Shown here: positions 1-8,902 of the stretch, in pieces | How the letters are laid out: each line of letters opens with the position of its first letter | Position numbering within the stretch: the first letter of the stretch is position 1 | IMG/VR virus record: IMGVR_UViG_3300032289_002472 | Span: 49,068 to 113,067 of that record | Length of the DNA stretch: 64,000 nt | Source of the DNA: a virus | Reading direction: 5' to 3' (one strand) | Made by a program: the position numbers and the translations under genes | The notes under the pieces: generated by a model | The model's input: the letters and a program-made list of their open reading frames with translations, nothing else | Databases searched by the model: none | What the model was told of the DNA's origin: nothing

Positions 1-57
1 AGTTTATTTTATATTTTACCATCATAGTTTTGTTGTTGTTTATGTGTTGTTGTTGAG

Positions 58-128
58 AGCGGGATGACGGAATCGAACCGACGTCTCCTGTTTGGAAGAC
101 AGGGGTTTTACCATTAAACTAATCCCGC
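58..128 (-). tRNA. tRNA-Gly(TCC)
   Basis: Reverse complement GCGGGATTAGTTTAATGGTAAAACCCCTGTCTTCCAAACAGG...GGTTCGATTCC...ATCCCGCT; cloverleaf with anticodon TCC. Confidence 0.95.
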
Positions 129-328
129 AAGTTTTGTGGCTCGAATGCTGACTGTTACACCACGGGCCACATTAAAATCCTAAAAGTCTCTTTAACAAAA
201 AAATCATTACCCATCCCATAAAAAAGAACCATCCCATTACCCATACAAAAAGAGTAATGTACACAGCTCTTACTATTAATAAGTCTTTCTTGTTTAGTTT
301 TCCACTAGAATTCATTTTTTATATTAAA

Positions 329-406
329 TGGTCGGGATGGCGGGATTTGAACCCACAGTCTTTCGCTCCCAAAGCGAACGCGATAACCAAGTTACGCTAC
401 ATCCCG
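329..406 (-). tRNA. tRNA-Pro(TGG), encoded CCA
   Basis: CGGGATGTAGCGTAACTTGG...TTCGCTTTGGGAGCGAA...GGTTCAAATCC...CATCCCGACCA. Confidence 0.95.
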
Positions 407-507
407 TTTATTTTATTATAGTGTACTTTTCTGTGGCAATTTGCACACAAAAATAAAATTAAATGACTTGGTCAATACTATTTGATCCCAAGTCATTGTT
501 GTTTAAA

Positions 508-1197
508 CTATTTTAATGCATCAACATACATCTGCTTCAAAGACCTTAAAACACTAATTTCAATATTTTTCCTGAATCTGGAATCTTCGACCTTATCTTG
601 CATATATGCTTGAATCTCGTCATCAACTACTCGGGCAGCATACCCCATCTCCATTACGTTTTTCTTGAGCTGCTTATATTGAGCGGGTAAACCTTTTTTA
701 ATTCTTTTTGTTACCCCATCAACAAGCTTCCTGTATTTTAGGTCAGTATAGTATTTGGCATGGCGAATCTCGTGATTGAATAGATCGCCCTCTGTCTTGT
801 CAGTTCCTATAATATATCCATTCAGGCAGTTATGATATCCGACCTCAATAGTTATATCTGCAAGAATATTAGACAATACTTCGTCGTAAGGGGTCTCATA
901 GGTCTCAGTATTCTGTAATGGCATCCAGTGTTCACTGTAACACTTCACAATAACTTCTACCGGAATATTGAATCCTGACCAGTCACCAGGATAACTAAAT
1001 TTACTGTGATGATTTTTAGCGTACCAATCCATGTAGTCCCAAATTGAAAAACCTTTATCCCTAAATTTACGATTTGGAGATTCGTAAAATTCTTGAACAC
1101 GGCAAAACGTCATACCGCGCTCATATTGATCTTTAATTACTACCGCAAATATACGGGGTTCGATAATGCTGATAGTATAATTAACCAAGTGTTTCAT
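508..1197 (-). CDS. hypothetical phage protein with HExxH (possible zincin) motif
   Basis: 229 aa ORF, HEIRH motif plus downstream DEIQAY; abuts RNA ligase gene. Confidence 0.55.
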   Translation of the reverse strand: MKHLVNYTISIIEPRIFAVVIKDQYERGMTFCRVQEFYESPNRKFRDKGFSIWDYMDWYAKNHHSKFSYPGDWSGFNIPVEVIVKCYSEHWMPLQNTETYETPYDEVLSNILADITIEVGYHNCLNGYIIGTDKTEGDLFNHEIRHAKYYTDLKYRKLVDGVTKRIKKGLPAQYKQLKKNVMEMGYAARVVDDEIQAYMQDKVEDSRFRKNIEISVLRSLKQMYVDALK

Positions 1198-2195
1198 TAG
1201 TCTTTATAGTTTCTGTTAATTATTTTAAAGCTGAGGGGACGACCATTTCCTGAGGTTTTGTAGGTTACTGGACGAACTACAATACCTTCTGCTGGCGTTC
1301 CATGAAGCGTAACAGTTGAGTCTGCCAGCTCTTGAAGAGATTCAATACCAGACTGTACACCATCAAGGGTTTTGAACCCTATCAATGGCACCATATTCAT
1401 TCTGTTGTTAATACAGAAGTCGGCCATCTCATTGAAGTCGTAATACTCATAGTCTTTTTCTTTGACCTGAAATACATACAACGTTGGCTGCATCAGCTTG
1501 AGTTGATTGCCCTGAATTCCAGGACCCATTAACTCTCCCTGAATATATCCACTCCAATCTTCTTGTATTTCGAGCTTCTTGGCAGCAATCCAAAATGCAT
1601 TTGTATCACTCTCTTTTAAAGAAAGCCTTCTGCTGCAAACCTGTGTTATTTTCCCCTTTTCAATAATGATTGTACAAGAGCTACCATCTAATTTTTGAGT
1701 AATAGTGACTCCACCCTCATTAACTTTGAGGATTTCTTCAACTATATCAAAGTTAGAGAGACCATTGTCTTCGTCAGTAGAGGAAATTAAATAGCTAGGA
1801 AAAGGTCCTAGCACCTCTCCAGACAAGCAGGCAGGGATCTCTTTTTCGTATTTCTTAATTCCTAAAGCTCCACCTACGTCTGCTCCTATGTGCCAAGACT
1901 GAACATTCTCTGGTAGAACACTCAGTGGCAACAATAAGCCTTGAGAGTATTGGCCACGCAACTTTATTGTTTTGAGCCTAATCGATTTTTCTGGATCGTT
2001 CTTGTGCGCCAAAAACTCAGACCAATCAGCTGCTGGGAGAATGGTGTCAATAACGACAAAGACAACCTTATCCCCCACTTTAAATTCGTTTTTTTTAACT
2101 ATCGACTGCCATCCCAATACTTTAGCTATCTCTAAACTATCAGCATTGTTGTGTGGCACTATTTCTTTGACTACTTCAATTGAGGCAAGTTTCAT
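1197..2195 (-). CDS. RNA ligase, Rnl2/DRB0094 family
   Basis: N-terminal MKLASI...NADSLE..KV.GW OB-like domain; nucleotidyltransferase motifs QKLDGSS, QGELMG, EGIVVR, FKIIN. Confidence 0.9.
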   Translation of the reverse strand: MKLASIEVVKEIVPHNNADSLEIAKVLGWQSIVKKNEFKVGDKVVFVVIDTILPAADWSEFLAHKNDPEKSIRLKTIKLRGQYSQGLLLPLSVLPENVQSWHIGADVGGALGIKKYEKEIPACLSGEVLGPFPSYLISSTDEDNGLSNFDIVEEILKVNEGGVTITQKLDGSSCTIIIEKGKITQVCSRRLSLKESDTNAFWIAAKKLEIQEDWSGYIQGELMGPGIQGNQLKLMQPTLYVFQVKEKDYEYYDFNEMADFCINNRMNMVPLIGFKTLDGVQSGIESLQELADSTVTLHGTPAEGIVVRPVTYKTSGNGRPLSFKIINRNYKD

Positions 2196-2401
2196 TTCTT
2201 GTGTGTTTCCGTATTTATATTAAAGGTAGCATTCTTCCAGATTTTGATCTGTTCGCTAGTGAAGTGTTTAATGTGCCCTCCATCTTCTAATACAACCGCA
2301 AAGATGTCGTTTTCCCACATTCCACCATCTTTTACATAAAGAACGTATCCAGGACCAATAGGAGTTACCACTGGGATTGGATTCCTGAACTCGTAGATCA
2401 T
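2192..2401 (-). CDS. hypothetical protein
   Basis: 69 aa ORF, ATGA overlap with ligase start. Confidence 0.7.
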   Translation of the reverse strand: MIYEFRNPIPVVTPIGPGYVLYVKDGGMWENDIFAVVLEDGGHIKHFTSEQIKIWKNATFNINTETHKK

Positions 2402-2414
2402 TGACGAAATCTAC

Positions 2415-2678
2415 CTAATTCAGTAAGTTTCGTCCAGCAGAAGAATCGGGCATCATAAAGCCACTGATAACCATGTTATGCTGGTGGGCATACCCATGGG
2501 CATCATTCCAATTATGAGCCCAAATTGTCACATTCCATAGTGCATCATTAAATGTGTAATATGCATTAAATGGTTTTATCTTATCGTGTGGCCCCTCTTT
2601 AATGTCTTCGAGGTTTTCTTCGTCCTCAGTTCCATCATATCCAAAGTGACCATATAGTCGGTTTGTGTTAATATTCAT
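2415..2678 (-). CDS. hypothetical protein
   Basis: 87 aa ORF in gene-dense run. Confidence 0.6.
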   Translation of the reverse strand: MNINTNRLYGHFGYDGTEDEENLEDIKEGPHDKIKPFNAYYTFNDALWNVTIWAHNWNDAHGYAHQHNMVISGFMMPDSSAGRNLLN

Positions 2679-2804
2679 AAATGTTTGAAGATGTTAAAGA
2701 TATTGTAAAAGGGATTAGATCATTCGGCAGTCGACGAATACTAATATACAAGAATTTCACTTTTGATATTGCAAAAGACGCCAACAATACTGAAAAATAG
2801 ATAC

Positions 2805-3470
2805 ATGATACTTGTCATTTCTGACATTCATTTAGGTGCTCCAGTTTGCCAAGCAGAGTTAACTCTAAAGCTTCTTGAAGAAGAAGAGTACGACACACTG
2901 ATTATATGTGGCGATTTACTGGACAGCTATCACCTACACAGGCTTTGCAAGAAGCAATGGAAGGTGCTTTCCACACTTAGAAAGATTTCAAAGAATAAAG
3001 AGTGTATCTTCATCAAAGGCAACCACGACCAGCACATAGAGACAATCACTGCGCTGCTAGGTTTTGAATTCTATGAAGAATTCATTAAGACCATAGGAGA
3101 TAAAAAGATTCTTTTTGTCCATGGTGATAGATGGGATCATTTTGTGATGGCAAAACCAATATTGACAAGCATAGCCTCCTTTTTTTATCATCTGCTCCAA
3201 TTATTTGACAGCAAACAAAAGCTAAGCAGGAAATTAAAAAGAATCATTAAAACTTGGCACAATTCAGCCGATACACTCATGGAGCGTATCTCTAAGTATT
3301 GCGTCGAACACAAATATAATGCAGTATGCTTTGGTCATTCACACATCCCTAAAAAACATTTTTATCACGGCATAGAATGCGTAAACTTAGGATCTCAGTG
3401 CGATCTTCCAGTTACATATGCTGTGATAGATCATATAGGAAACATAATTCTTAAAAACAAAGATTATTAA
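2805..3470 (+). CDS. calcineurin-like metallophosphoesterase (LpxH/UDP-2,3-diacylglucosamine hydrolase-like)
   Basis: SDIHLG, GDLLD, GNHD, HGD, FGHSH motifs; ATG at 2805 preferred. Confidence 0.85.
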   Translation: MILVISDIHLGAPVCQAELTLKLLEEEEYDTLIICGDLLDSYHLHRLCKKQWKVLSTLRKISKNKECIFIKGNHDQHIETITALLGFEFYEEFIKTIGDKKILFVHGDRWDHFVMAKPILTSIASFFYHLLQLFDSKQKLSRKLKRIIKTWHNSADTLMERISKYCVEHKYNAVCFGHSHIPKKHFYHGIECVNLGSQCDLPVTYAVIDHIGNIILKNKDY

Positions 3471-3475
3471 TTAAA

Positions 3476-3563
3476 GGATAGGTGGCAGAGTGGTCTATTG
3501 CATCGGTCTTGAAAACCGAAGGGCTGAAAGGCTCCGTGGGTTCGAATCCTACCCTATCCGCCA
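3476..3563 (+). tRNA. tRNA-Ser(TGA), encoded CCA
   Basis: GGATAGGTGGCAGAGTGG...TCGGTCTTGAAAACCGA, long variable arm, GGTTCGAATCC, CCTATCCGCCA. Confidence 0.95.
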
Positions 3564-3574
3564 CTTTAAAAAAT

Positions 3575-3647
3575 GCCCGTATAGCTCAGTTGGTAGAGCA
3601 CCTCACTTGTAATGAGGATGTCGTTGGTTCGAATCCGACTGCGGGCT
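3575..3647 (+). tRNA. tRNA-Thr(TGT)
   Basis: GCCCGTATAGCTCAGTTGGTAGAGC..CCTCACTTGTAATGAGG..GGTTCGAATCC..TGCGGGCT. Confidence 0.95.
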
Positions 3648-3664
3648 CTTTTTTAAATAAAAAG

Positions 3665-3810
3665 TACGGCTGCTTCTCATACAACCTTGCGGGTGAGAAA
3701 GCTAACGCGAGCCGTTCACGGGTCGATGGTGACCATCCCCCTTATTACAGGCATGACCTGCTTCTTTTCATCAGTGGGTTCTGACTAGCGGCTCATTACG
3801 CCACAGCAAC
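3665..3810 (-). ncRNA. unidentified multi-stem structured RNA (~145 nt)
   Basis: Nested pairings on minus strand: GAGCCG/CGGCTC enclosing TCAG/CTGA, CAGG/CCTG and GATGG/CCATC stems; TTCTCA/TGAGAA with CC-GCAA-GG; GC-rich intergenic. Confidence 0.55.
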
Positions 3811-3815
3811 TTTTT

Positions 3816-4676
3816 CTACTCAGCGGAAATCTTTGTAGAACACTTTCCTCCACAGCATTTCTTTCCCTTGCTCTCTTTGTCAATTTCCAATATAGCAGCA
3901 ACGTGATTTTTTTGGACGTCAATACCTCCGCGCACAAGAGCATCTGTTAATTCACAGACGGAAGGGCATCTACCAAGCTTTTCTTCAAGCTCCTCTGCTC
4001 CAAAGATAATGTTTTGAACACGTTGATGAAAGTTAAGGTTGATCATACCTTCTTCGGTTGGATCCTCCTCTTGGTTTTTCATTTCAACAACTGCTCTTAC
4101 CTGGTTCTCAGAAAATGAAGAGCCGTAGCTGATGCTTAAAAACTCTGCCATCGTACGTAAGTTAGGTTCAGTTCTAAATCCTAACGTCTGTTTTCTTGAG
4201 TTATATTCACTAATGATTCTTTCAAGCTTTGTGTAAACATTCATAGGAATGAAAGCTAATCCTTCATCAAACTCATCATTGGATTCATCATCAAAATCGC
4301 TTAAATCTTCGTTTGAATCTTCAGGAGTTTGATAGTCATCAAAATCTTCCTCGTCTTCGTCAATGAATTCACCATCACGAGTGTATCCATTAATTTCTAA
4401 GAACTCTGCCAAGACGTCGTTGATGACTTCATTAACACTTACATCTTTCTCACAAGAAACTTTGATGAGATGTTCAAGAATGTCCCTGGGCCATTCTTCT
4501 GTCTCAAGCTCCAGAGTAACGAACTTTTCGAGAAGAATAGATCCGTCATTTTGATGATAAACGCTAAATTTATCTCCCTGATTCAATCCTAGGACTCCTA
4601 ACTCCTCTTCCGTAAAGGAAATTAAAAGGTCTGTGGATTGTTGCAATTTCTTTGTAATAGTCTGTCGTTTGTTCAT
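3816..4676 (-). CDS. hypothetical protein with N-terminal AbrB/MazE-like domain and acidic linker
   Basis: DLLISFTEEELGVLGLNQGDKF resembles swapped-hairpin AbrB fold; ATG at 4676 preferred. Confidence 0.55.
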   Translation of the reverse strand: MNKRQTITKKLQQSTDLLISFTEEELGVLGLNQGDKFSVYHQNDGSILLEKFVTLELETEEWPRDILEHLIKVSCEKDVSVNEVINDVLAEFLEINGYTRDGEFIDEDEEDFDDYQTPEDSNEDLSDFDDESNDEFDEGLAFIPMNVYTKLERIISEYNSRKQTLGFRTEPNLRTMAEFLSISYGSSFSENQVRAVVEMKNQEEDPTEEGMINLNFHQRVQNIIFGAEELEEKLGRCPSVCELTDALVRGGIDVQKNHVAAILEIDKESKGKKCCGGKCSTKISAE

Positions 4677-4938
4677 ATTTTTGCTTTTCGTATTGGTTGT
4701 ATATTTCTTCCGCCTCAACAACCTCTGGTGAGAGCGGAATCCAGCAAGATGACAGAGAAGGAACGTGAGCGCCAGTTATTTTTTCGATATAGGCATGGTC
4801 CTCCTCCTCAATAGTTACTCTATTAAGAGCTTTAATTACTTGGGAGTTTTTAATTTTTACTTTTAGCATATTTTGGTTTGTCAAAAAAAGTAGTTGAATG
4901 GTGCCTTGAAATATGCAAAATGCATCATTGAAAGTAAA

Positions 4939-5011
4939 GGGGGTTTAGCTCATTTGGTAGAGCGTCTGCTTTGCAAGCAGAGGGTGAGGAGTTCGAATCT
5001 CCTAACCTCCA
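4939..5011 (+). tRNA. tRNA-Ala(TGC)
   Basis: GGGGGTT/AACCTCC acceptor with G3:U70; CTGCTTTGCAAGCAG anticodon arm. Confidence 0.95.
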
Positions 5012-5031
5012 AACTAAAACACAAACACAAA

Positions 5032-5604
5032 ATGAGCGAAAAAGTACTAAAAAAAGTAATGTCTCCAAAAGACTTCATTGAACATAAAATCACTCTCGAT
5101 CAATACAATTTAATTGAAGAATACGAGAAACACTTAAGAAGAGAAATTGGTAATAGGAATACTCTATTTACTGATGAAAAAGATGACGCAAAACTTAAGG
5201 GTGCCGCCGTTGAGGTTATCTTAAGTTTATATGAAAATATGGTGTTTGGTGATGGGCAAGATTGTGATCTTTATTACAAGGGGTGGGGAGTAGAAGTGAA
5301 AGGTCAAGGATGCAACTCTAAACCAAGCATAGACTTTGAAGTTTGGATGAAGAAATCCCAATCAATTATTACTCCTGCAAAACTATTGGTTGCTGCAAGG
5401 GTTTTAAATAGAAAGAACGAGAACGAAAGGCTTCACACAGCTTGGATATGTGGAATTATTCCAATGGAAGAATTTATATCAATTGCAGACTATATTCCAA
5501 AAGGAACAATGAAAAACTATGGCCCTGTCAAGATAGATAAAATTGAAACGCCGTATAAAAATTTATACGCCCCTAAACAATTTTTTAGAGCGCGGTTAGC
5601 TTAG
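5032..5604 (+). CDS. putative PD-(D/E)xK nuclease-like protein
   Basis: GAAVE...DCDL..KGWGVEVKG pattern; ATG at 5032 after tRNA-Ala. Confidence 0.5.
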   Translation: MSEKVLKKVMSPKDFIEHKITLDQYNLIEEYEKHLRREIGNRNTLFTDEKDDAKLKGAAVEVILSLYENMVFGDGQDCDLYYKGWGVEVKGQGCNSKPSIDFEVWMKKSQSIITPAKLLVAARVLNRKNENERLHTAWICGIIPMEEFISIADYIPKGTMKNYGPVKIDKIETPYKNLYAPKQFFRARLA

Positions 5605-5661
5605 CGGTAGAGCAGGTCCTTTACACGGACAAGGTCGGGGGTTCGATCCCCTCACCGCGCA
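5590..5661 (+). tRNA. tRNA-Val(TAC)
   Basis: GCGCGGT/ACCGCGC acceptor; GTCCTTTACACGGAC anticodon arm; GGTTCGATCCC. Confidence 0.95.
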
Positions 5662-5662
5662 T

Positions 5663-5884
5663 TTAATTTGAAGCTAAAGCAGAAACTTGCTTTGAGGCCT
5701 CAAGCTCTTTAACTCTTTTTAAGTAAGTATATGGACTACTAGCAAAAACTCCATGAGTAGGACGAGTAAACAAATCCTTAATCTTTCTCTTGATTAAGCC
5801 GTATGCTGATTGATTACTTTCCCCCTCAGCATTTGCAATCTTAGAGGAAAGCTCAATCAAGTATGTTTCAGCATACTTATTCAT
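5663..5884 (-). CDS. hypothetical protein, MNKY-leader family
   Basis: Starts MNKYAETYLIELSSKIA at ATG 5884. Confidence 0.65.
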   Translation of the reverse strand: MNKYAETYLIELSSKIANAEGESNQSAYGLIKRKIKDLFTRPTHGVFASSPYTYLKRVKELEASKQVSALASN

Positions 5885-5885
5885 T

Positions 5886-6614
5886 TTAGCCCCCAACTGG
5901 ATATAGTGGTGGTGGTGGTGGAACGGCTTTTCCTGTGTTGGGATCAATTTTATAGAAATTTTGTTTCATTTTATTTCCCAATGGCGTTACTGCATTGGGA
6001 CCCGATACAGAGCCTGGGCCATAATTTGCTAAATCCATCTGCCCCTCATTAATCATTTGCTGTTCTGAAGGCATGATCATTTGACCATTTGGAATTTTTT
6101 CAACCCTCAATTGAGGTAAACTATCCTTTAATCTCATTTGAGGTGCGGATGAATTAATGCTTTTAGCTGCGTTTTCAACCCTCAATTGAGGTAAACTATC
6201 CTTTAATCTCATTTGAGGCGCGGATGAATTAATGCTTTTAGCTGCGCTCCCAATGCCTCCAAACATGGCCCCCAGGCCACCTCCAATAGCGCTTCCAGCT
6301 GCACCCAGAGCGGCTGCAGGATTAACCATAGGATTAGTTGCCAAACCTTTTATGTTCCCAAAAGCAGAACTTACCTGGTTGCCAATTGAATTTGCAACAG
6401 AGCCTAAAATACTGGGCTGTGAATTACCCATATAATTACCTCTTCTGCTTGGAGGAACACCACGAGAAACTGTTTTAGGGTTAAGCAACCCACCTCTTCC
6501 AACTAAGCCGCCTCTATTGCTATAGGGGACTCCCATAACAGTAGGAGGAGTATAAGGATCGGCTGCAGTCTTTTGGCTCAGCTCATTTAAATAGGTTTTT
6601 GTATATTTATTCAT
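5886..6614 (-). CDS. Gly/Ala/Pro-rich protein, MNKY-leader family (possible virion protein)
   Basis: MNKYTKTYLNELSQKTAA; GAAGSAIGGGLG segment; internal 25-aa duplication. Confidence 0.7.
   Translation of the reverse strand: MNKYTKTYLNELSQKTAADPYTPPTVMGVPYSNRGGLVGRGGLLNPKTVSRGVPPSRRGNYMGNSQPSILGSVANSIGNQVSSAFGNIKGLATNPMVNPAAALGAAGSAIGGGLGAMFGGIGSAAKSINSSAPQMRLKDSLPQLRVENAAKSINSSAPQMRLKDSLPQLRVEKIPNGQMIMPSEQQMINEGQMDLANYGPGSVSGPNAVTPLGNKMKQNFYKIDPNTGKAVPPPPPLYPVGG
6097..6246. repeat. 75-bp tandem duplication (2 copies, 1 mismatch)
   Basis: 6097-6171 vs 6172-6246; encodes AAKSINSSAPQMRLKDSLPQLRVE twice. Confidence 0.95.
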
Positions 6615-6626
6615 AGCTCAAATTAT

Positions 6627-6845
6627 TCAGTTTACAGAAGTCCCCTGTGTTATAGCGCTAGCACTAACTTGTGGAATGTTTTTGGTCGGGTCCATTGTAG
6701 CTCCTAGGCCACGTGCTTCTCTACGCTCTTTTCGATAATCTGCGACCATTGTCATTAGCTTATCAAAGTTAGGAATTACTTTGGAAAGCAACCCATCTTG
6801 AGCAGCTTTAAGGTGTCCAAAATAAATATCTGCGTATTTATTCAT
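6627..6845 (-). CDS. hypothetical protein, MNKY-leader family
   Basis: MNKYADIYFGHLKAAQ. Confidence 0.65.
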   Translation of the reverse strand: MNKYADIYFGHLKAAQDGLLSKVIPNFDKLMTMVADYRKERREARGLGATMDPTKNIPQVSASAITQGTSVN

Positions 6846-7619
6846 TTAATAAAGTTTAACAGATAAGACCCCATCGTCAACAACTCCATAATGCTTTTCT
6901 GTGTCCAAACACCAAGATTCATGTGCCTCACCTTGAGCATATATCTCTGGATCAACAAAGGTTGTGTGACCAAAGATTTGCTTACCAATATGCTTTGAAG
7001 GAGTAAACTCATGTCTTCCATCCAGCCAAAGAAGCCCACCTATTTGAGCGCTTCCATATCTGCATCGGCCCACATCGGTAATGAAGTAATTACGATTATG
7101 AGAAAAATTTCTAAAGTTTGACCAAACATCTGGCAATACTTTATCAATTAATTCATCAATTGATTCATTAAAATTAAGATGGTCGGGCATTATTCCAGCA
7201 TGTGAATAAATAATACCCTGAGACTTGTAAGCTAATTTTATATTTTTTGCGAAGAATTCATCTCTCAAGTTGTTATCAAAAAACACCTTACGAAATTGCT
7301 TGGCTTTATTTTTGGTAAAGCCTGAACAATAGTATTCTCTGACTGGAACAATATTAGTGTGGGAGTGAGCCTTGTTTAAATAGATATATTGTACGTCATG
7401 GTTGCCCAACAAGAACACGAACTTGTCCCTTTCGGGATGATCCGTCATTAGGTCTCGCAAGAATAGACAGGTATCTAAAAAAGACGCGACATGCGGAGGT
7501 TCAAAAAAGGAGTCAAACCAGTCACCCAGAAAGACTACCTCATCATAGCTTTCTTTTTTAAGCACATCCTCAACCAAAACAACTCTTTGATGTATATCAG
7601 GGATTATTAAAGTTTTCAT
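6846..7619 (-). CDS. calcineurin-like metallophosphoesterase
   Basis: PDIH, LGDWFD, LGNHD, HAG, FGHT motifs; ATG at 7619. Confidence 0.88.
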   Translation of the reverse strand: MKTLIIPDIHQRVVLVEDVLKKESYDEVVFLGDWFDSFFEPPHVASFLDTCLFLRDLMTDHPERDKFVFLLGNHDVQYIYLNKAHSHTNIVPVREYYCSGFTKNKAKQFRKVFFDNNLRDEFFAKNIKLAYKSQGIIYSHAGIMPDHLNFNESIDELIDKVLPDVWSNFRNFSHNRNYFITDVGRCRYGSAQIGGLLWLDGRHEFTPSKHIGKQIFGHTTFVDPEIYAQGEAHESWCLDTEKHYGVVDDGVLSVKLY

Positions 7620-7624
7620 AAAAA

Positions 7625-8215
7625 ATCGGCTGTCGTGTCTCAAGGTCTACGACGAATACTTTCGAACAGATAGGTCTATAGTTAGCGCCCTATCCTAGGT
7701 ATATCAACTCGCCTCGCCTGAAGAAAGTCAAATGAATGACTTTCTAACTCTCGGTGGCCGTCACCGTGCTTATGGTTACAACACCCCATTTTTGCGGAAA
7801 CCATCCGCTTCTATCGTGAGTAGGATCTCACTAGAAGGCTAGTTATGCCCTCACGAATTAATTGAATGGCCCTAAACTATAACGGCGTCGGCTTGCGCTA
7901 CTAACCTCTTTTTCTAGACTATGGTTAGTAGACCATTCAAAGTAAAGAGACGGAAGGCCGTGTACTGTGGCACTCTATACTATAGGTATAGCGCCAAACC
8001 AGCTTCCCGAAATATATTTCGGGAACCCCGAAGCACCGCAACCTTCACCCATTTGGGCAGCTCGGTCTGCCGAATACTCAGCAGCATCTCAAAGTATCTG
8101 TAACAAATTCATTCGGAACCCATAATGTCTGCAAAGTATCTTCATGATAATAGCAAACACAGCTTTGAGTATCACCTTTATCTAAGATAGATTGTAGCTG
8201 AAATTCTGTATAATC
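7625..8215 (-). ncRNA. large structured non-coding RNA (~590 nt), family unidentified
   Basis: No credible ORF; many stems (AGAAAGTCA/TGACTTTCT, TTCCCGAAA/TTTCGGGAA, CTACTAACC/GGTTAGTAG, TTGAATGG/CCATTCAA, CGGTG/CACCG, GTCGT/ACGAC); G-U pairs favour the minus strand. Confidence 0.7.
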
Positions 8216-8264
8216 AGGAAATATACAAAACTTTTTAATTTGTGTATTTGTATTCATTTTAAAA

Positions 8265-8342
8265 TGGAGGTGGTCGGAATCGAACCGACGTTATGAGAAC
8301 TATTGATTTGTGTCAACACTCATACGAAGCCAATGCACCCCC
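8265..8342 (-). ncRNA. tmRNA-like tRNA-like domain only (mini-tmRNA), Ala identity
   Basis: GGGGGTG/CACCTCC-A acceptor with G3:U70, stemless D-loop CATTGGCTTCG, long irregular stem instead of anticodon arm, canonical T-arm GTCGG-TTCGATT-CCGAC. Confidence 0.7.
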
Positions 8343-8347
8343 CTAAA

Positions 8348-8902
8348 TTAGTCTTCTTCGGGCACAGGAGTATAATCTAACTCTTTTGCCTTTTCGGAGC
8401 AAAGAGTTTTAAACCACCCACCCCTAGAGTGCAAGCTTCCAGGAGCTCCTGTCACTTCACACGTTCTGCCAGAAATATATTCGGCAAAGTCTACAGCGCT
8501 TTGAATTCTTTGATCCAATTGCCAGTAGTATGCTTCTACTTTATCTAAGTCTAATTTTTCCCTTCCAGGAAAGTCTTGTTGCATTGCCTTTATGTAAAAA
8601 TAGACCCTAAGAGTAGCATACTTTTCTTTTATCTGTGTGAATATGACCTCAGGAGCTGGAAGATAAACTATATTATCTTCCCAGTGCTCTTTGTCTTTTT
8701 TATAAAACTCATCTTTGACCCCCATGGTATGATTACTTGTAACCATGCGCTTTATATATCCACAAAGGTCATCAAGTATTTTATACCAACCATCGTCGCA
8801 TTCGCACCCAAAACACATTAATGATTCTGTGGGTGGAAGTTTATGTCCTTGAAAAAACTCGGGGTATTTTTCAGTTAGTGACTTTTTTAGCTCTTCTTTC
8901 AT
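8348..8902 (-). CDS. conserved phage hypothetical protein
   Basis: GWY.IL...QIKEKYATLRVY...TCEVTGAPG pattern seen in a common phage family. Confidence 0.7.
   Translation of the reverse strand: MKEELKKSLTEKYPEFFQGHKLPPTESLMCFGCECDDGWYKILDDLCGYIKRMVTSNHTMGVKDEFYKKDKEHWEDNIVYLPAPEVIFTQIKEKYATLRVYFYIKAMQQDFPGREKLDLDKVEAYYWQLDQRIQSAVDFAEYISGRTCEVTGAPGSLHSRGGWFKTLCSEKAKELDYTPVPEED

Noticed and set aside
3482-3784. 100-aa ORF
   Set aside because: It is a translation of tRNA-Ser, tRNA-Thr and the ncRNA.
3740-3790. Hammerhead ribozyme (CTGATGA on the minus strand)
   Set aside because: No stem II followed by GAAA core in the required arrangement.
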